This document shows, in pieces, positions 1-10,334 of a stretch of 64,000 nucleotides of DNA. How positions within the stretch are numbered: the first letter of the stretch is position 1; each line of letters opens with the position of its first letter. Origin of the DNA: a bacterium (GTDB lineage: Bacteria > NPL-UPA2 > JAUVJM01); NCBI GenBank assembly GCA_030606215.1, contig JAUWGW010000007.1, forward strand, positions 1,615-65,614. Reading direction: 5' to 3'. A program made the translations under genes and the position numbers. The notes under the pieces are model-generated. The model saw only the letters and a list, made by a program, of their open reading frames with translations, was not told the origin of the DNA and searched no databases.

Positions 1-1
1 G

Positions 2-322
2 GTGCCTCTTGCAAGCGGATTTCTAACAGGCAAATTCCGCAAGGGCCATACCTTCCCTGACAATGACCATCGCTCGTCCATGTCCCGCGAAGAAATTGAT
101 TCCACTATAGGACGCGTTGAACGCCTGTGGCCCCTCGCCGGCCGACGCGGACAAACCATGGCACAACTGGCGCTTTCCTGGATTTTGAGCCACACTGAAG
201 TGAGCGTTGTCATTCCCGGCGCAAAAACAGTCCGGCAGGTTCGGGACAACGCTGCCGCGGGTGAGGCGCCGCTCTTGAATGACGAGGAAATGAGAACTGC
301 TGCCGAAGCAGTTGCCGGATAA
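2..322 (+). CDS. Aldo/keto reductase, C-terminal fragment (5' end lies outside the window)
   Basis: ORF open at the window edge. C-terminal AKR-like sequence (..IPGAKTVRQVRDNAAA..). Confidence 0.55.
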   Translation: MPLASGFLTGKFRKGHTFPDNDHRSSMSREEIDSTIGRVERLWPLAGRRGQTMAQLALSWILSHTEVSVVIPGAKTVRQVRDNAAAGEAPLLNDEEMRTAAEAVAG

Positions 323-407
323 ACTGGGTATTACGGATGAGACAAGATGTTAACCAGCTACTTTTCTCCGCTGGTGCGTATGGTAAAGATACCAGGAGGG
401 TACTACG

Positions 408-1598
408 ATGTCTCAACAAATAGGTAAGATTGGAATGGGAGTGATAGGTTGTGGAAGTATTGCAGAGATTGCTCATTTACCATCCATTGACAGGACACCA
501 GGTGTGGAGCTTATTGCAACGTGTGATACCGATGAGGCAAGGGCTCGGGAGGCAGCCGAAAAATGGGGTGCACATGCGTGGCATACTGATTATGAGAAAA
601 TGCTTGATGAACAGCACAATAATCTTGATGCAGTCATCATTGCCTCTCCACCCAATGTGCATTGTGAACAAGGGGTGGCAGTAGCAGAGGCAAAGTTACA
701 TCTAATTGTTGAAAAACCTCTGGCAGTTACTAATCGAGAGGCATGGGATATTGTTGAGGCATGTAAGAAAGCAGGCGTAAAACTAATGGTTGGATGCGAC
801 CGTCGCTTCTGGCTTCAAAATCAATGGGCAAAACAACTGGTTGAGGATGATGTAATTGGTAAAGTTATGATGGGGCGAGCTACTATGCATGAGCATGTTA
901 GATTTTATCAGGACAATTTTGCCAAGACTGACTTTCGCCTCAAACCAGAGATTGTAGGGGGGTCAGCAGTCTCAGATACAGGAGCACATGCAATTGATCT
1001 CCTGATATGGCTCCTGGGTAGCCGAGTAAAGCGTGTTGTGGGTGTAGCAAAACGGAATGTCCTGCCGGAGAGTTATTCCAAAGCCGACGATACAGCAGTT
1101 ATCATGATGGAGCATGAAAATGGCGCTTTTGGATATGTAAGCTGTAACCGATTTACACCTGCGGTTTCGCAATTCACTGAACTCTATGGGGATGAAGGTA
1201 CTATTATGACAACATCAGATGCAACCAACCCATATCAGACTGCACCGTTGGCTGTTTTTACAAATAGAGATTACGAGCACAATAAGATACCGGAGATCAT
1301 CCGTAAGTACCGATGGCCACAGATATTCTGGGCTGAGGATTTGATGACTCATCCTGTACAGAAACGGTGGGTATCTATCTACCCTCCACGTGAACCGAAC
1401 AACTACGACAGGCTATGTCAACATTTTCTTGATTGCCTTATCAATGATAAAAAGCCTCTGGTCAGCGGAGAGGATGGAGCACATGCTATTGAGGTTATGT
1501 GCGGGGTCTTCAAGTCTATGGAAACCGGAGGGTGGGTTGAGTTACCGCTGAAGGAGGAGGTAATACCACCTTTGTATAAGCCACGTAGAAAAAGATAA
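408..1598 (+). CDS. Gfo/Idh/MocA family NAD(P)-dependent oxidoreductase
   Basis: N-terminal Rossmann GxGxxG (IGMGVIGCGSIA). EKP motif (LHLIVEKPLA) typical of Gfo/Idh/MocA. RBS GGAGG upstream of the ATG. Confidence 0.8.
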   Translation: MSQQIGKIGMGVIGCGSIAEIAHLPSIDRTPGVELIATCDTDEARAREAAEKWGAHAWHTDYEKMLDEQHNNLDAVIIASPPNVHCEQGVAVAEAKLHLIVEKPLAVTNREAWDIVEACKKAGVKLMVGCDRRFWLQNQWAKQLVEDDVIGKVMMGRATMHEHVRFYQDNFAKTDFRLKPEIVGGSAVSDTGAHAIDLLIWLLGSRVKRVVGVAKRNVLPESYSKADDTAVIMMEHENGAFGYVSCNRFTPAVSQFTELYGDEGTIMTTSDATNPYQTAPLAVFTNRDYEHNKIPEIIRKYRWPQIFWAEDLMTHPVQKRWVSIYPPREPNNYDRLCQHFLDCLINDKKPLVSGEDGAHAIEVMCGVFKSMETGGWVELPLKEEVIPPLYKPRRKR

Positions 1599-1624
1599 CC
1601 AATATGATATAAGGAGGTTTTGTT

Positions 1625-2713
1625 ATGGCAGAGATTAGAATTGCGCTTATAGGAGTAGGCAATTGCACAAGTTCATTAGTTCAGGGAAGCTTTTACTATC
1701 AGAATTTTAAGATAAAGGAAGGTGAAATAATACCGGGATTAATGCATCCAGCATTAGGAGGATATAAAGTAAGTGATATAGTTCCTGTAGTTGCATTTGA
1801 CGTAGATGCTCGTAAGGTAGGTAAAGACTTATCTGAAGCAATCTGGGCTGCTCCCAATTGCACAGAGAAGTTTTCAGAAGTCCCCAATCTTGGAGTAAAG
1901 GTTTTAATGGGACCGGTATTGGACGGAGTGACAGAGCACTTAAAAAAGTATGTGGAAGTTTCATCCGAAAAAGAGATTGACGATGTTGATAAAACAGCGC
2001 AGATTTTGAAAGAAGCTAAAGTTGATGTTCTTGTGATTAACCTTCCCACTGCTTCAGAGGAAGCGAGCTGGTTTTATGCTGAGGCTGCCTTAAAAGCCGG
2101 GGCAGGCATTGTTAATGGTATCCCTGTGTTAATTGCCAACAATAAAGAGTTTGCTAAGAAAGCGGAAGAGAATAAAGTCCCCATAGTAGGAGATGACTAT
2201 AAGAGCCAACTTGGAGGAACAATCTTAGATAGAGACTTACTCAATCTCTGTATCCAGAGGGGAATAAAGATTGTTAAATCTTATCAGTTAAATTATACAG
2301 GAAATACAGACTGTTGGAATTTAATTGAGTGGGAAAGAGGTAAAACTAAACATGCTTCCAAAAAGAGAGGTGTAGATGCAGTAATGAAATATGAAGCCCC
2401 TTTTGATGTAAATGTTTCCCATTTAAAAGTGTTAAATGATGATAAGATTTGCCGAATAGAGATCTGGGGACAAAACTTTGGCGGGACGCCAATAAAATTA
2501 GAAGCAAAGCTTCATGTTGTGGATAGTCCAAATTCTGCAGGAGTAATGGTAGATGCTATAAGGTGCTGTAAGTTGGCTCTTGATAGAGGGATAGGTGGAG
2601 TATTGGAGAGTGCATCTTCCTACCTTATGAAAAGCGGACCAACTCAATATCCTTCAGATGAAGAAGCAAGAAAAGCAATGGATGAGTTTATTGAAAGAAA
2701 AAGGGAGCGGTGA
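1625..2713 (+). CDS. myo-inositol-1-phosphate (inositol-3-phosphate) synthase, bacterial/archaeal type
   Basis: N-terminus IALIGVGNCTSSLVQG is characteristic of MIPS. Length ~360 aa fits the short prokaryotic form. Strong RBS AAGGAGG. Confidence 0.7.
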   Translation: MAEIRIALIGVGNCTSSLVQGSFYYQNFKIKEGEIIPGLMHPALGGYKVSDIVPVVAFDVDARKVGKDLSEAIWAAPNCTEKFSEVPNLGVKVLMGPVLDGVTEHLKKYVEVSSEKEIDDVDKTAQILKEAKVDVLVINLPTASEEASWFYAEAALKAGAGIVNGIPVLIANNKEFAKKAEENKVPIVGDDYKSQLGGTILDRDLLNLCIQRGIKIVKSYQLNYTGNTDCWNLIEWERGKTKHASKKRGVDAVMKYEAPFDVNVSHLKVLNDDKICRIEIWGQNFGGTPIKLEAKLHVVDSPNSAGVMVDAIRCCKLALDRGIGGVLESASSYLMKSGPTQYPSDEEARKAMDEFIERKRER

Positions 2714-3617
2714 GGTGGATTTGATAATTCTTGGACATCTTGTAAAAGAAAAAATTATCTTTTCTGATGGGAGGGAAATGGGTCCGGTATTGGGTAGTCC
2801 GGTAGCATATGGCTCTGTAGCAGCAGCAAAATTGGGACTCAAGGTAGGTATTGTTACCAAAATAGGGAAGGATATGCCTGAAGTGCTGTTAAAAGTATTT
2901 AAAGAGGCAGGAGTTGATACTGAAGGACTTAGAATAGGTGATAATACTTCTACTAACTTCCTGATTTATGAAAAATCGGGAAAGAAAAGATTGGAGTTTT
3001 TGAAAAAAGCAAATGATATTACTTTCAAGGATATACCCGAAAAATATTTAAATTGTCCTGTCTTTCTAATCTGCCCGGTAGATTATGAAGTTCCATTTGA
3101 GCTTTTGCAAAAATTATCTTTTTTAAAGAAAGAGATGGCAGTCGATTTGGGTGGTTACGGAGGAGCTTCTTCCAGAGCGGATCGTTTCGCCGAAAAAGAG
3201 AAGTTATCATATCTAAAAAAGATAATCCCATTTTTTAAAATGGTTAAGGCAGGGAGAGAAGATTGTCAATGTTTGTTTGAGCAGGATTCAATAAATGAGA
3301 AAGAGATAGTTACTAAATTTATTGAATGGGGAGCAGAAATAGGTATAATTACCCTTGGCAATCAAGGAGCAATCGTGGCTATCAAGAGAGGTAGCTTTCA
3401 GGTTCCAGCCTTTCAATCTGAAGCTATTGATTGTACTGGTGCTGGTGATGTGTGGCACGCTGGTTTCTTGGTAGAATATTTAAGGAGTAAAGATGTGGAA
3501 AAATCAGCTTTATTTGCTTCTGCTACTGCCTCCTTAGTGATTGAGAAAACTGGTGGTGTATTCGCTTCCAGGATGCCTACTGCTGAGCAAGTGCATGAAA
3601 GGCAGAGACAATTCTAA
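2658..3617 (+). CDS. PfkB/ribokinase-family carbohydrate kinase (true start probably GTG near 2715, just after the upstream stop)
   Basis: C-terminal DCTGAGDVWHAGF matches the PfkB signature 2 motif (DTxGAGD). The ORF 5' end overlaps the MIPS gene, so a downstream start is likely. Confidence 0.7.
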   Translation: MKKQEKQWMSLLKEKGSGEVDLIILGHLVKEKIIFSDGREMGPVLGSPVAYGSVAAAKLGLKVGIVTKIGKDMPEVLLKVFKEAGVDTEGLRIGDNTSTNFLIYEKSGKKRLEFLKKANDITFKDIPEKYLNCPVFLICPVDYEVPFELLQKLSFLKKEMAVDLGGYGGASSRADRFAEKEKLSYLKKIIPFFKMVKAGREDCQCLFEQDSINEKEIVTKFIEWGAEIGIITLGNQGAIVAIKRGSFQVPAFQSEAIDCTGAGDVWHAGFLVEYLRSKDVEKSALFASATASLVIEKTGGVFASRMPTAEQVHERQRQF

Positions 3618-3666
3618 GAACAATGGAGAGTGATTGGTAAAAACATCTAAGAATTATTAGAATTCT

Positions 3667-4491
3667 ATGGTAAACAGGGCTAAAATAATAAAAGACCTTC
3701 AGAAAAAAGCCAGGATTATAAGGAGAGACATTATCCAAATGCTTTATGAAGCAGGTTCTGGTCACTGTGGGGGGTGTCTTTCCTCAACAGATATAGTAAC
3801 TGCTCTTTACTTTCATCATCTTTGTTATAAACCAGACAATCCAGATTGGCCAGAGAGAGATAGGTTTATTCTGTCTAAAGGTCACTGCGTTCCTCTTCTT
3901 TATGCAGTATTGGCAGAGGGTGGTTATTTCCCTAAAGGTGAACTGAAAACACTAAGAAAGATTGGCAGTCACTTACAAGGCCATCCTGATATGAGAAAGA
4001 CAAAAGGAGTGGAGGCTTCAACAGGCTCCTTAGGGCAAGGTTTATCCATAGCCTGTGGTATAGCTTTGGGTGGAAAAATGGATAAAAAAAGTTATACTGT
4101 ATATGCCCTTTTAGGTGATGGAGAGATACAGGAAGGTCAAGTTTGGGAAGCAGCGATGTTTGCTAACCATTATCATTTAGATAATATAGTAGCTATCATT
4201 GACCGAAATCGACTTCAGGTAGATGGACCAACAAATAAAATAATGACTATAGAGCCATTGGTAGACAAATGGAAGGCTTTCGGATGGAAGGTAATTACAA
4301 TTGACGGGCATGATATGAGTCAGATTTTAGATGCTTTAGAGAAAGCTAAAGAAACGAAAGATAGGCCAACTGTTGTAATTGCTAATACTATCAAAGGTAA
4401 GGGTGTGTCTTTTATGGAAAATCAAGTAAATTGGCATGGCAAAGCACCTAATAAAGAAGAAGCTGAAAAAGCGCTGTCAGAGTTAACTTAG
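3667..4491 (+). CDS. Transketolase, N-terminal (TPP-binding) subunit
   Basis: SGHCGG and GDGE motifs of the transketolase PP domain. Split-transketolase arrangement with the next ORF. Confidence 0.85.
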   Translation: MVNRAKIIKDLQKKARIIRRDIIQMLYEAGSGHCGGCLSSTDIVTALYFHHLCYKPDNPDWPERDRFILSKGHCVPLLYAVLAEGGYFPKGELKTLRKIGSHLQGHPDMRKTKGVEASTGSLGQGLSIACGIALGGKMDKKSYTVYALLGDGEIQEGQVWEAAMFANHYHLDNIVAIIDRNRLQVDGPTNKIMTIEPLVDKWKAFGWKVITIDGHDMSQILDALEKAKETKDRPTVVIANTIKGKGVSFMENQVNWHGKAPNKEEAEKALSELT

Positions 4492-4501
4492 AAGTTGCTG
4501 T

Positions 4502-5473
4502 GTGGATATTAAAATGAAATCTACAAGGGATGCTTATGGAGAAGCCTTAGTTGAATTGGGCAAGAGCAATAAAAATGTAGTGGTGCTGGATGCTGATGTA
4601 TCCAAGGCAACGAGAACAAAGAAATTTGCTGAGCAATTCCCTGGTAGATTTTTCAATTGTGGTTGTGCTGAACAGAATATGATGGGAGTAGCTGCTGGTC
4701 TCTCCCTTACAGGTAAGATCCCATTTGCTTCTACCTTCGCTGTATTTGCTACCTGTCGAGCATTGGATCAAGTGAGAAATACCATTGCCTATCCTCGGTT
4801 GAATGTTAAAATAGTCGCTACCCACGGAGGCATAACAGTCGGGGCCGATGGTCCGTCCCATCAGTCGTTAGAAGATATGGCTATTATGAGAGCAATTCCC
4901 AATATGATTGTAATAGTCCCTGCTGATGCTATTGAAACAAAAAAGGCTGTTAAGGAATCCGTTAAATATGAGGGGCCTATATACATTAGATTGGGAAGAG
5001 CAGAAGTACCTATAGTAACAAATAAGGATTCTCCCTTTGCCATTGGGGAGGCTAATGTCATACAAGAAGGAGATGATATTACCATTATTGCCTGTGGTAT
5101 TATGGTAGCTGTATCTTTAGAGGCAGCTCAACTATTAGAGAAAGAGGGAATAAAAGCTAAAGTTGTAAATATGCATACTATAAAACCGATTGATGAAGAT
5201 TTAATTATTAAAGTAGCTAGAGAAACAAAAGCTATAGTTGTAGCAGAAGAACATAATATCATTGGTGGACTTGGTAGTGCTGTTGCAGAGATATTGTGTA
5301 ATAAAATCCCCACACCGTTTGAACAGGTAGGAATGAGAGATACCTTTGCAGAATCCGGTAAACCGGAAGAATTACTGGCAAAGCATGGGTTAACAGCGAA
5401 TACGATAGTTGATGTAGCAAGAAAAGTTTTAAAGAGCCTGAAAGGTTGTTTGATTATAGAAAAAAAATCTTAA
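4502..5473 (+). CDS. Transketolase, C-terminal (pyrimidine-binding) subunit
   Basis: Pyr and C-terminal transketolase domain features. Immediately follows the N-terminal subunit. Confidence 0.85.
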   Translation: MDIKMKSTRDAYGEALVELGKSNKNVVVLDADVSKATRTKKFAEQFPGRFFNCGCAEQNMMGVAAGLSLTGKIPFASTFAVFATCRALDQVRNTIAYPRLNVKIVATHGGITVGADGPSHQSLEDMAIMRAIPNMIVIVPADAIETKKAVKESVKYEGPIYIRLGRAEVPIVTNKDSPFAIGEANVIQEGDDITIIACGIMVAVSLEAAQLLEKEGIKAKVVNMHTIKPIDEDLIIKVARETKAIVVAEEHNIIGGLGSAVAEILCNKIPTPFEQVGMRDTFAESGKPEELLAKHGLTANTIVDVARKVLKSLKGCLIIEKKS

Positions 5474-5676
5474 CCTATCGTATATCATTACTTAGTAGCA
5501 AGGGAAAGATTAATAAAAACTTTGGCTTATTTGATATTATAGGTGCGGATTATAAAAATTTCTCCAAATATTCGTTTATGTATATTGATATAGATAAAGG
5601 TAATCTATGCATGGATATTCCTAAACTTCTACGAGAAATAAGCTTTAATAAAATGAAGATGGGAGATAAAACATAG

Positions 5677-7896
5677 ATGAAAGAGAATAGAGAAAAAGTA
5701 TTTCCATATGGGACACATATTTACAGAGTCCCCAATTTACCCATTCCAGAATTAAAGAAAGATATGGTTCTTCTCAAAAGATTAGGCTTTAATATGGTCA
5801 AAATTCAAGAATCGTGGAGCCACGATGAAGTAAAAGAGGGAGAGGTGAACTTATCTGATGTAGAAGAATTGGTAAAAGAGGCAGAAAAACTTTCTCTTTT
5901 TGTTTGCTTAGGAATTACCATGGAGCAAGCACCAGCATGGCTCTGGAGAAAATATCCTGATTGCAGACTTGTTTATAACACTGGAGAACCACACAATGAC
6001 CCCACCCAGTATCTTCTCCCTGCAGATGGGAAACCCGGTCCTTGCTGGGACCATCCAGAAGCAAGAAACGCTGGCGAAAAATTTATAAAAGAATTGGTAA
6101 AGAAACTCGGAAAATACAAAAACATTATTACCTGGAATGTATGGCAGGAAGTTGAATTCCGGCCTATGTATCTCGGTAAATTAGGTTTCTGTTATTGTCC
6201 TCACACTCTGGCTAAATTCAGAAAATGGCTGAGGAAAAAATATGGTTCTTTAGAAAAACTCAATGACACATGGAAAACTTCCTATGGAGAATGGGAAGAA
6301 GTTGAACCACCAAGGTTTCATCCCTATGTCCATTCATGGATTGACTGGCGTTATTTTATGGATGATGTATATTTAGCAACTGCTATTAAATGGAAGGTAA
6401 GTGCATTTAAAGATAATGACCCACTAAAAAGACCGGTATTTTGCCACGTAGGCTCACCTACTACTGGTAGCGGAAAAGATTGGAGATATGCTAAAGAGGT
6501 AGATTTCTTCGGTTCTTCCTGTTATCCCGCATGGGACTCTCTGGGCAAATGGGATGCTGGGTTTCCCAGCACAGGTGGGACAATTTCCAAAGAAAAGGCT
6601 CTAAAAGCCGAGATGTGGAATAGCATCTCTTTACGCTTTGATTATATAAGAGGTGTATCTAAAGAGAAAGAGTTCTGGGCCGCAGAGTTTCAGGGCGGAC
6701 CGGCAGTTGGTTTTTTACATAAGGGCAGAACACCGACGAAGGAAGATATAAGGAGGTGGGTATTAACTGCTCTTTCAACTGGCATTTCCGGGCTTTCCTT
6801 CTGGAATCACAGAGTAGAAATCTCCTGGCAGGAAGCTTATGGTTTTGGTCTCCTACCATTAGAAGGAAATATAACCGACAGAGCAAAAGAAGCAGGAGAT
6901 TTAAGTAAGGCAATAAATAAATATGGTGAGTTTTTTAAAAAAAGTAATGTAGCAGAATCTCAAGCAGCCATCTTTATAAATGAAGACCTCTATCACTTCT
7001 GCGAAGGCACACCTATTACTTCCTGGGATACCTATAGTCTGACTAACAACCTCTCTTCTCATTTAACTCACACCATCAGAGGAATCTATAAGATGCTATG
7101 GGAAGAAGGAATCCTGGTAGATTTTGTTGAAGAAAAAGAAATTAAAACTGGTGAGATGGAAAAATACAAAGTTATTATTCTTCCCTTCCCTTTAGCAATA
7201 TCTGATGAATTGATGGAGAGGCTCAGAGATTATGTTAATAGTGGCGGCGTATTGATTTCAGAAGCTTGTCCAGGTAGGTATGATAAACATGGTTTTGCCC
7301 GTCCTGGAGAGATAAATAGTGTTGCTGAACAACTTTTCGGAGTACAACATAAGGATGTGATTTTGTGCCAGGAACCAGAAGAAAATCATTGGACGCCAAC
7401 GGAATGGAGCTACGGGGAAATCCTACTGCCAACAAGATTTACTGGAACAGGTGTTTTTAATGGGCATTCAGTCCTGGCGAATCTCTATGTAGAAAGTTTT
7501 TCTCTGAAGGAAGCAATTCCAATTCTACTGAATGGTGAGGACATAACTGGTGTGGTTAACCGCTATGGTAAAGGAAAAGTATATCTAATTGGAACATTTC
7601 TTGGTCATGCTGGTGCCACTTATGAAGACAAACCCACCCAGAACTTTATAGTGAAATTAATTACCGATGCAGGAGTCAAGCAGGAGAAATGCGGAAAATT
7701 ACTTAGACGAAAGCGTATTTTGAATGATAAAGAAGCATGGTTTTTAATTAATCCAACTGCTGATACTATATCTGAAGCCATAGACTTTAGAGATTTTGCT
7801 AAGGTTGAGGACTTATTAGAAAGTTCATTCAATAAAAATAAGTCTGTTGAAGTCCAGCCATTTTCTGTAAGAGTTATTATTCTCGGAAAAGAGTAA
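5677..7896 (+). CDS. GH42-like glycoside hydrolase (beta-galactosidase family)
   Basis: 739 aa. N-terminal TIM-barrel region resembles GH42 (..LKRLGFNMVKI..APAWL..). Overall trimerisation and C-terminal domain architecture fits. Confidence 0.55.
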   Translation: MKENREKVFPYGTHIYRVPNLPIPELKKDMVLLKRLGFNMVKIQESWSHDEVKEGEVNLSDVEELVKEAEKLSLFVCLGITMEQAPAWLWRKYPDCRLVYNTGEPHNDPTQYLLPADGKPGPCWDHPEARNAGEKFIKELVKKLGKYKNIITWNVWQEVEFRPMYLGKLGFCYCPHTLAKFRKWLRKKYGSLEKLNDTWKTSYGEWEEVEPPRFHPYVHSWIDWRYFMDDVYLATAIKWKVSAFKDNDPLKRPVFCHVGSPTTGSGKDWRYAKEVDFFGSSCYPAWDSLGKWDAGFPSTGGTISKEKALKAEMWNSISLRFDYIRGVSKEKEFWAAEFQGGPAVGFLHKGRTPTKEDIRRWVLTALSTGISGLSFWNHRVEISWQEAYGFGLLPLEGNITDRAKEAGDLSKAINKYGEFFKKSNVAESQAAIFINEDLYHFCEGTPITSWDTYSLTNNLSSHLTHTIRGIYKMLWEEGILVDFVEEKEIKTGEMEKYKVIILPFPLAISDELMERLRDYVNSGGVLISEACPGRYDKHGFARPGEINSVAEQLFGVQHKDVILCQEPEENHWTPTEWSYGEILLPTRFTGTGVFNGHSVLANLYVESFSLKEAIPILLNGEDITGVVNRYGKGKVYLIGTFLGHAGATYEDKPTQNFIVKLITDAGVKQEKCGKLLRRKRILNDKEAWFLINPTADTISEAIDFRDFAKVEDLLESSFNKNKSVEVQPFSVRVIILGKE

Positions 7897-7898
7897 AA

Positions 7899-9014
7899 AT
7901 GAAAGATATTCTTTCTAAGAAGGAAAGAGTGGAAAGAACCCTAAATTTTCTTCCTGTGGATAGAATAGCAATTCATGACCAGGTAAGCTACAATCCCGGT
8001 GTTATTTCCTTGTATACTGGTAAGAAAATAGAGGGTTTCAATTATTCTATTGAAGATATATGTGAGGCAATAAGAAAAACCCTGGATGCATGCTTTCCCG
8101 TTTTTGCACCGCGCGGGAAAGAGAAAGTGACAACCGAAGAGGGCTTTGTTATGCAGATGGATAACTGGACAAGCTGGGTAGTTAAACGCCCTTTCAATGA
8201 TACCAAAGGATTAAAAGAATTTTTCTTAAGGCGAATTGAAAAGATGAAGACTACCAAATTCAATGCTGGAGAAGAAAGGGAAGCTTACCGTGAAAAATTT
8301 CTGGACATACAGAAGCTGATAGGTGATACAGTGTTTATAGATTGGAGCGAAGTTGGGTTGTGTTCTTGCTGGTCAGCAGGGGGGATAGAATTATTTACTT
8401 ATTTATACTATGATGAGCCGGAGATTATTTCTAACTACATCCAAACATACTTAGAAAGGGAAATTAAAAGGGTCCATGCAATAGCAGATAGAGAGTTATC
8501 TTCAGTTATTTTAATTCCTGATGATTTAGCTTCCAAATCGGGCCCCATATTTAGCCCTGATTTTCTAAGAAAAGAATATTTTCCAAGATTAACTCATTTA
8601 GTGAAAGCCTGGCACAGTCATGGCTTTAAGGTGCTTTATCATAGCGATGGAAACTGGAAGATGCTTATTTCTGATTTTCTGAAATGTGGAGTAGATGGAT
8701 TTTATTGTCTTGAGCCTGCTGTTGGTATGGATATCATAGAATTGAAGAAAAAGTATCCAAAAGTAATTTGGGCAGGTGGACTTGATGGGGTTGACTTGAT
8801 GGAAAGAGGAAACCCTCAAGAGGTTAGAAAAGAAGTAAGAAGACAGATTGAGGAAACAGATGCTTTAAATACTGGAGGGCTTTTTCTTGGTACATCCAGT
8901 GAAATTAATCCTCCTATAAAGCCAGAGAATTACCAAGCAATGGTAGAAGAGGCAACTTCAATCTATAATAAGAATTTTTCTGAAGGAGAAAACGAGAAAT
9001 GGCAGAAAGATTAG
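7899..9014 (+). CDS. Uroporphyrinogen-decarboxylase (URO-D/MtaA) family protein
   Basis: N-terminal ..KERVERTLNFLPVDRIAI.. resembles the URO-D family N-terminus (..RVLAALNGEPVDRVPV..). Size is typical. Confidence 0.55.
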   Translation: MKDILSKKERVERTLNFLPVDRIAIHDQVSYNPGVISLYTGKKIEGFNYSIEDICEAIRKTLDACFPVFAPRGKEKVTTEEGFVMQMDNWTSWVVKRPFNDTKGLKEFFLRRIEKMKTTKFNAGEEREAYREKFLDIQKLIGDTVFIDWSEVGLCSCWSAGGIELFTYLYYDEPEIISNYIQTYLEREIKRVHAIADRELSSVILIPDDLASKSGPIFSPDFLRKEYFPRLTHLVKAWHSHGFKVLYHSDGNWKMLISDFLKCGVDGFYCLEPAVGMDIIELKKKYPKVIWAGGLDGVDLMERGNPQEVRKEVRRQIEETDALNTGGLFLGTSSEINPPIKPENYQAMVEEATSIYNKNFSEGENEKWQKD

Positions 9015-10288
9015 CGATTAATGGTGGAGAAAAGGTTATGCCAGATGATGTTAAGAAGGTTCGCTGGCCGGTAATTACTGATGAAGATAAAGAGGCAGTG
9101 ATGAGGGTATTGGATAGTGGGATTCTATTTGGTCCCTATGCCTCTGAGGTGGTTGCTTTACAGAAAGAGTTCGCAGATTATATTGGAACAAAATACTGCA
9201 TTGCCACAAATTCAGGAACAGCAGCTTTACATATGGCTGTGGCGGCAGCAGGTATCGGTCCAGGTGATGAAGTTATAACAAGTGCCTTTTCTTTCCTTGC
9301 ATCAGCTACCTGTATCTTGCATCATAATGCTATCCCGGTATTCGTTGATATAGATCCGGCTACTTACAACATTGACGCAGATAAGATTGAGGAAAAAATA
9401 GCGGAGAGAACAAAGGCAATAATTCCGGTGCATATCCACGGTCTACCTTGTGATATGGATAAGGTACTGGAGGTTGCCAAAAAACATAGTTTAGTGGTGA
9501 TTGAAGATGCCTGTCAATCTCATGGTGCAACTTACAAGGGAAAGAAAACAGGAAATTTTGGAGAGATGGCTACTTTCAGTCTAAATTCTACAAAGAATCT
9601 TCCAGGAGGAGAAGGAGGTTTGTTTGTTACAAATGATGAAGAGCTAAGAGCCAAAGCAAATATGACAAGGATGTTTGGTGAATATGTAAAGGAAGGGGAG
9701 GGCAGAAGTTATAAAGCCTACACCATGGGATGGATGTATAGAACTCAAGAGATGTCTGCTGCCCTTACAAGAAGTCAATTGAAGAGACTTAATCATTATA
9801 ATGAAATTTCGAGAAAGAATGGAGATTATCTCACACAAGAATTATCAAAAATAAAAGGGCTTATCCCTCCTGTTACACCCCAGGATAGAACCAATATCTA
9901 CCATAAATATAGAGTAAGACTTAACCCGAGAGCGCTCGGTATTAACATAGAATCAGTTAAATTTCGGGATTTGGTAATGAAAGCGCTAATTGCTGAAGGA
10001 GTGGATGTCGTTTTATGGCAGCATCATTCTCTCCCAGCAAATCCTTTATTCCAAGAAAGAGAAGGATATGGAAAAGGATGTCCATGGAGTTGTCCATATT
10101 ACGGGAAGGAGATTTCTTATAATGTAGAGAACTATCCGGAGATTAATAAACTCATTGAAAGTTCTCTGGTCGTTTGCTCTGAACCATACCCTATTTACTG
10201 TCAGAGTTTAGAGCTAATGAAGTATTATGTGGAAGGGTTCAGAAAAGTATTTGAAAATATTGAGGAAGTAATGGAACAAGGAATTTAG
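8999..10288 (+). CDS. DegT/DnrJ/EryC1/StrS-family PLP-dependent (sugar/cyclitol) aminotransferase
   Basis: ATNSGTAALHMAV motif near the N-terminus. Active-site lysine region FSLNSTKNL. Confidence 0.85.
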   Translation: MAERLAINGGEKVMPDDVKKVRWPVITDEDKEAVMRVLDSGILFGPYASEVVALQKEFADYIGTKYCIATNSGTAALHMAVAAAGIGPGDEVITSAFSFLASATCILHHNAIPVFVDIDPATYNIDADKIEEKIAERTKAIIPVHIHGLPCDMDKVLEVAKKHSLVVIEDACQSHGATYKGKKTGNFGEMATFSLNSTKNLPGGEGGLFVTNDEELRAKANMTRMFGEYVKEGEGRSYKAYTMGWMYRTQEMSAALTRSQLKRLNHYNEISRKNGDYLTQELSKIKGLIPPVTPQDRTNIYHKYRVRLNPRALGINIESVKFRDLVMKALIAEGVDVVLWQHHSLPANPLFQEREGYGKGCPWSCPYYGKEISYNVENYPEINKLIESSLVVCSEPYPIYCQSLELMKYYVEGFRKVFENIEEVMEQGI

Positions 10289-10334
10289 AAATGGTATCCG
10301 AAACTATCAGAAAGATTTATTGTAGGGAGGAACT

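Noticed and set aside
3667-5473. Split transketolase as a possible pseudogene or frameshift
   Set aside because: Two-subunit transketolases are a common, functional arrangement in many anaerobes and archaea; both halves have intact motifs.
5446-5676. 76-aa ORF in the AT-rich gap between transketolase and the GH42 gene
   Set aside because: AT-rich, Lys/Ile/Phe-biased translation typical of a random ORF in an intergenic/promoter region. Overlaps the tkt C-terminus; no RBS.
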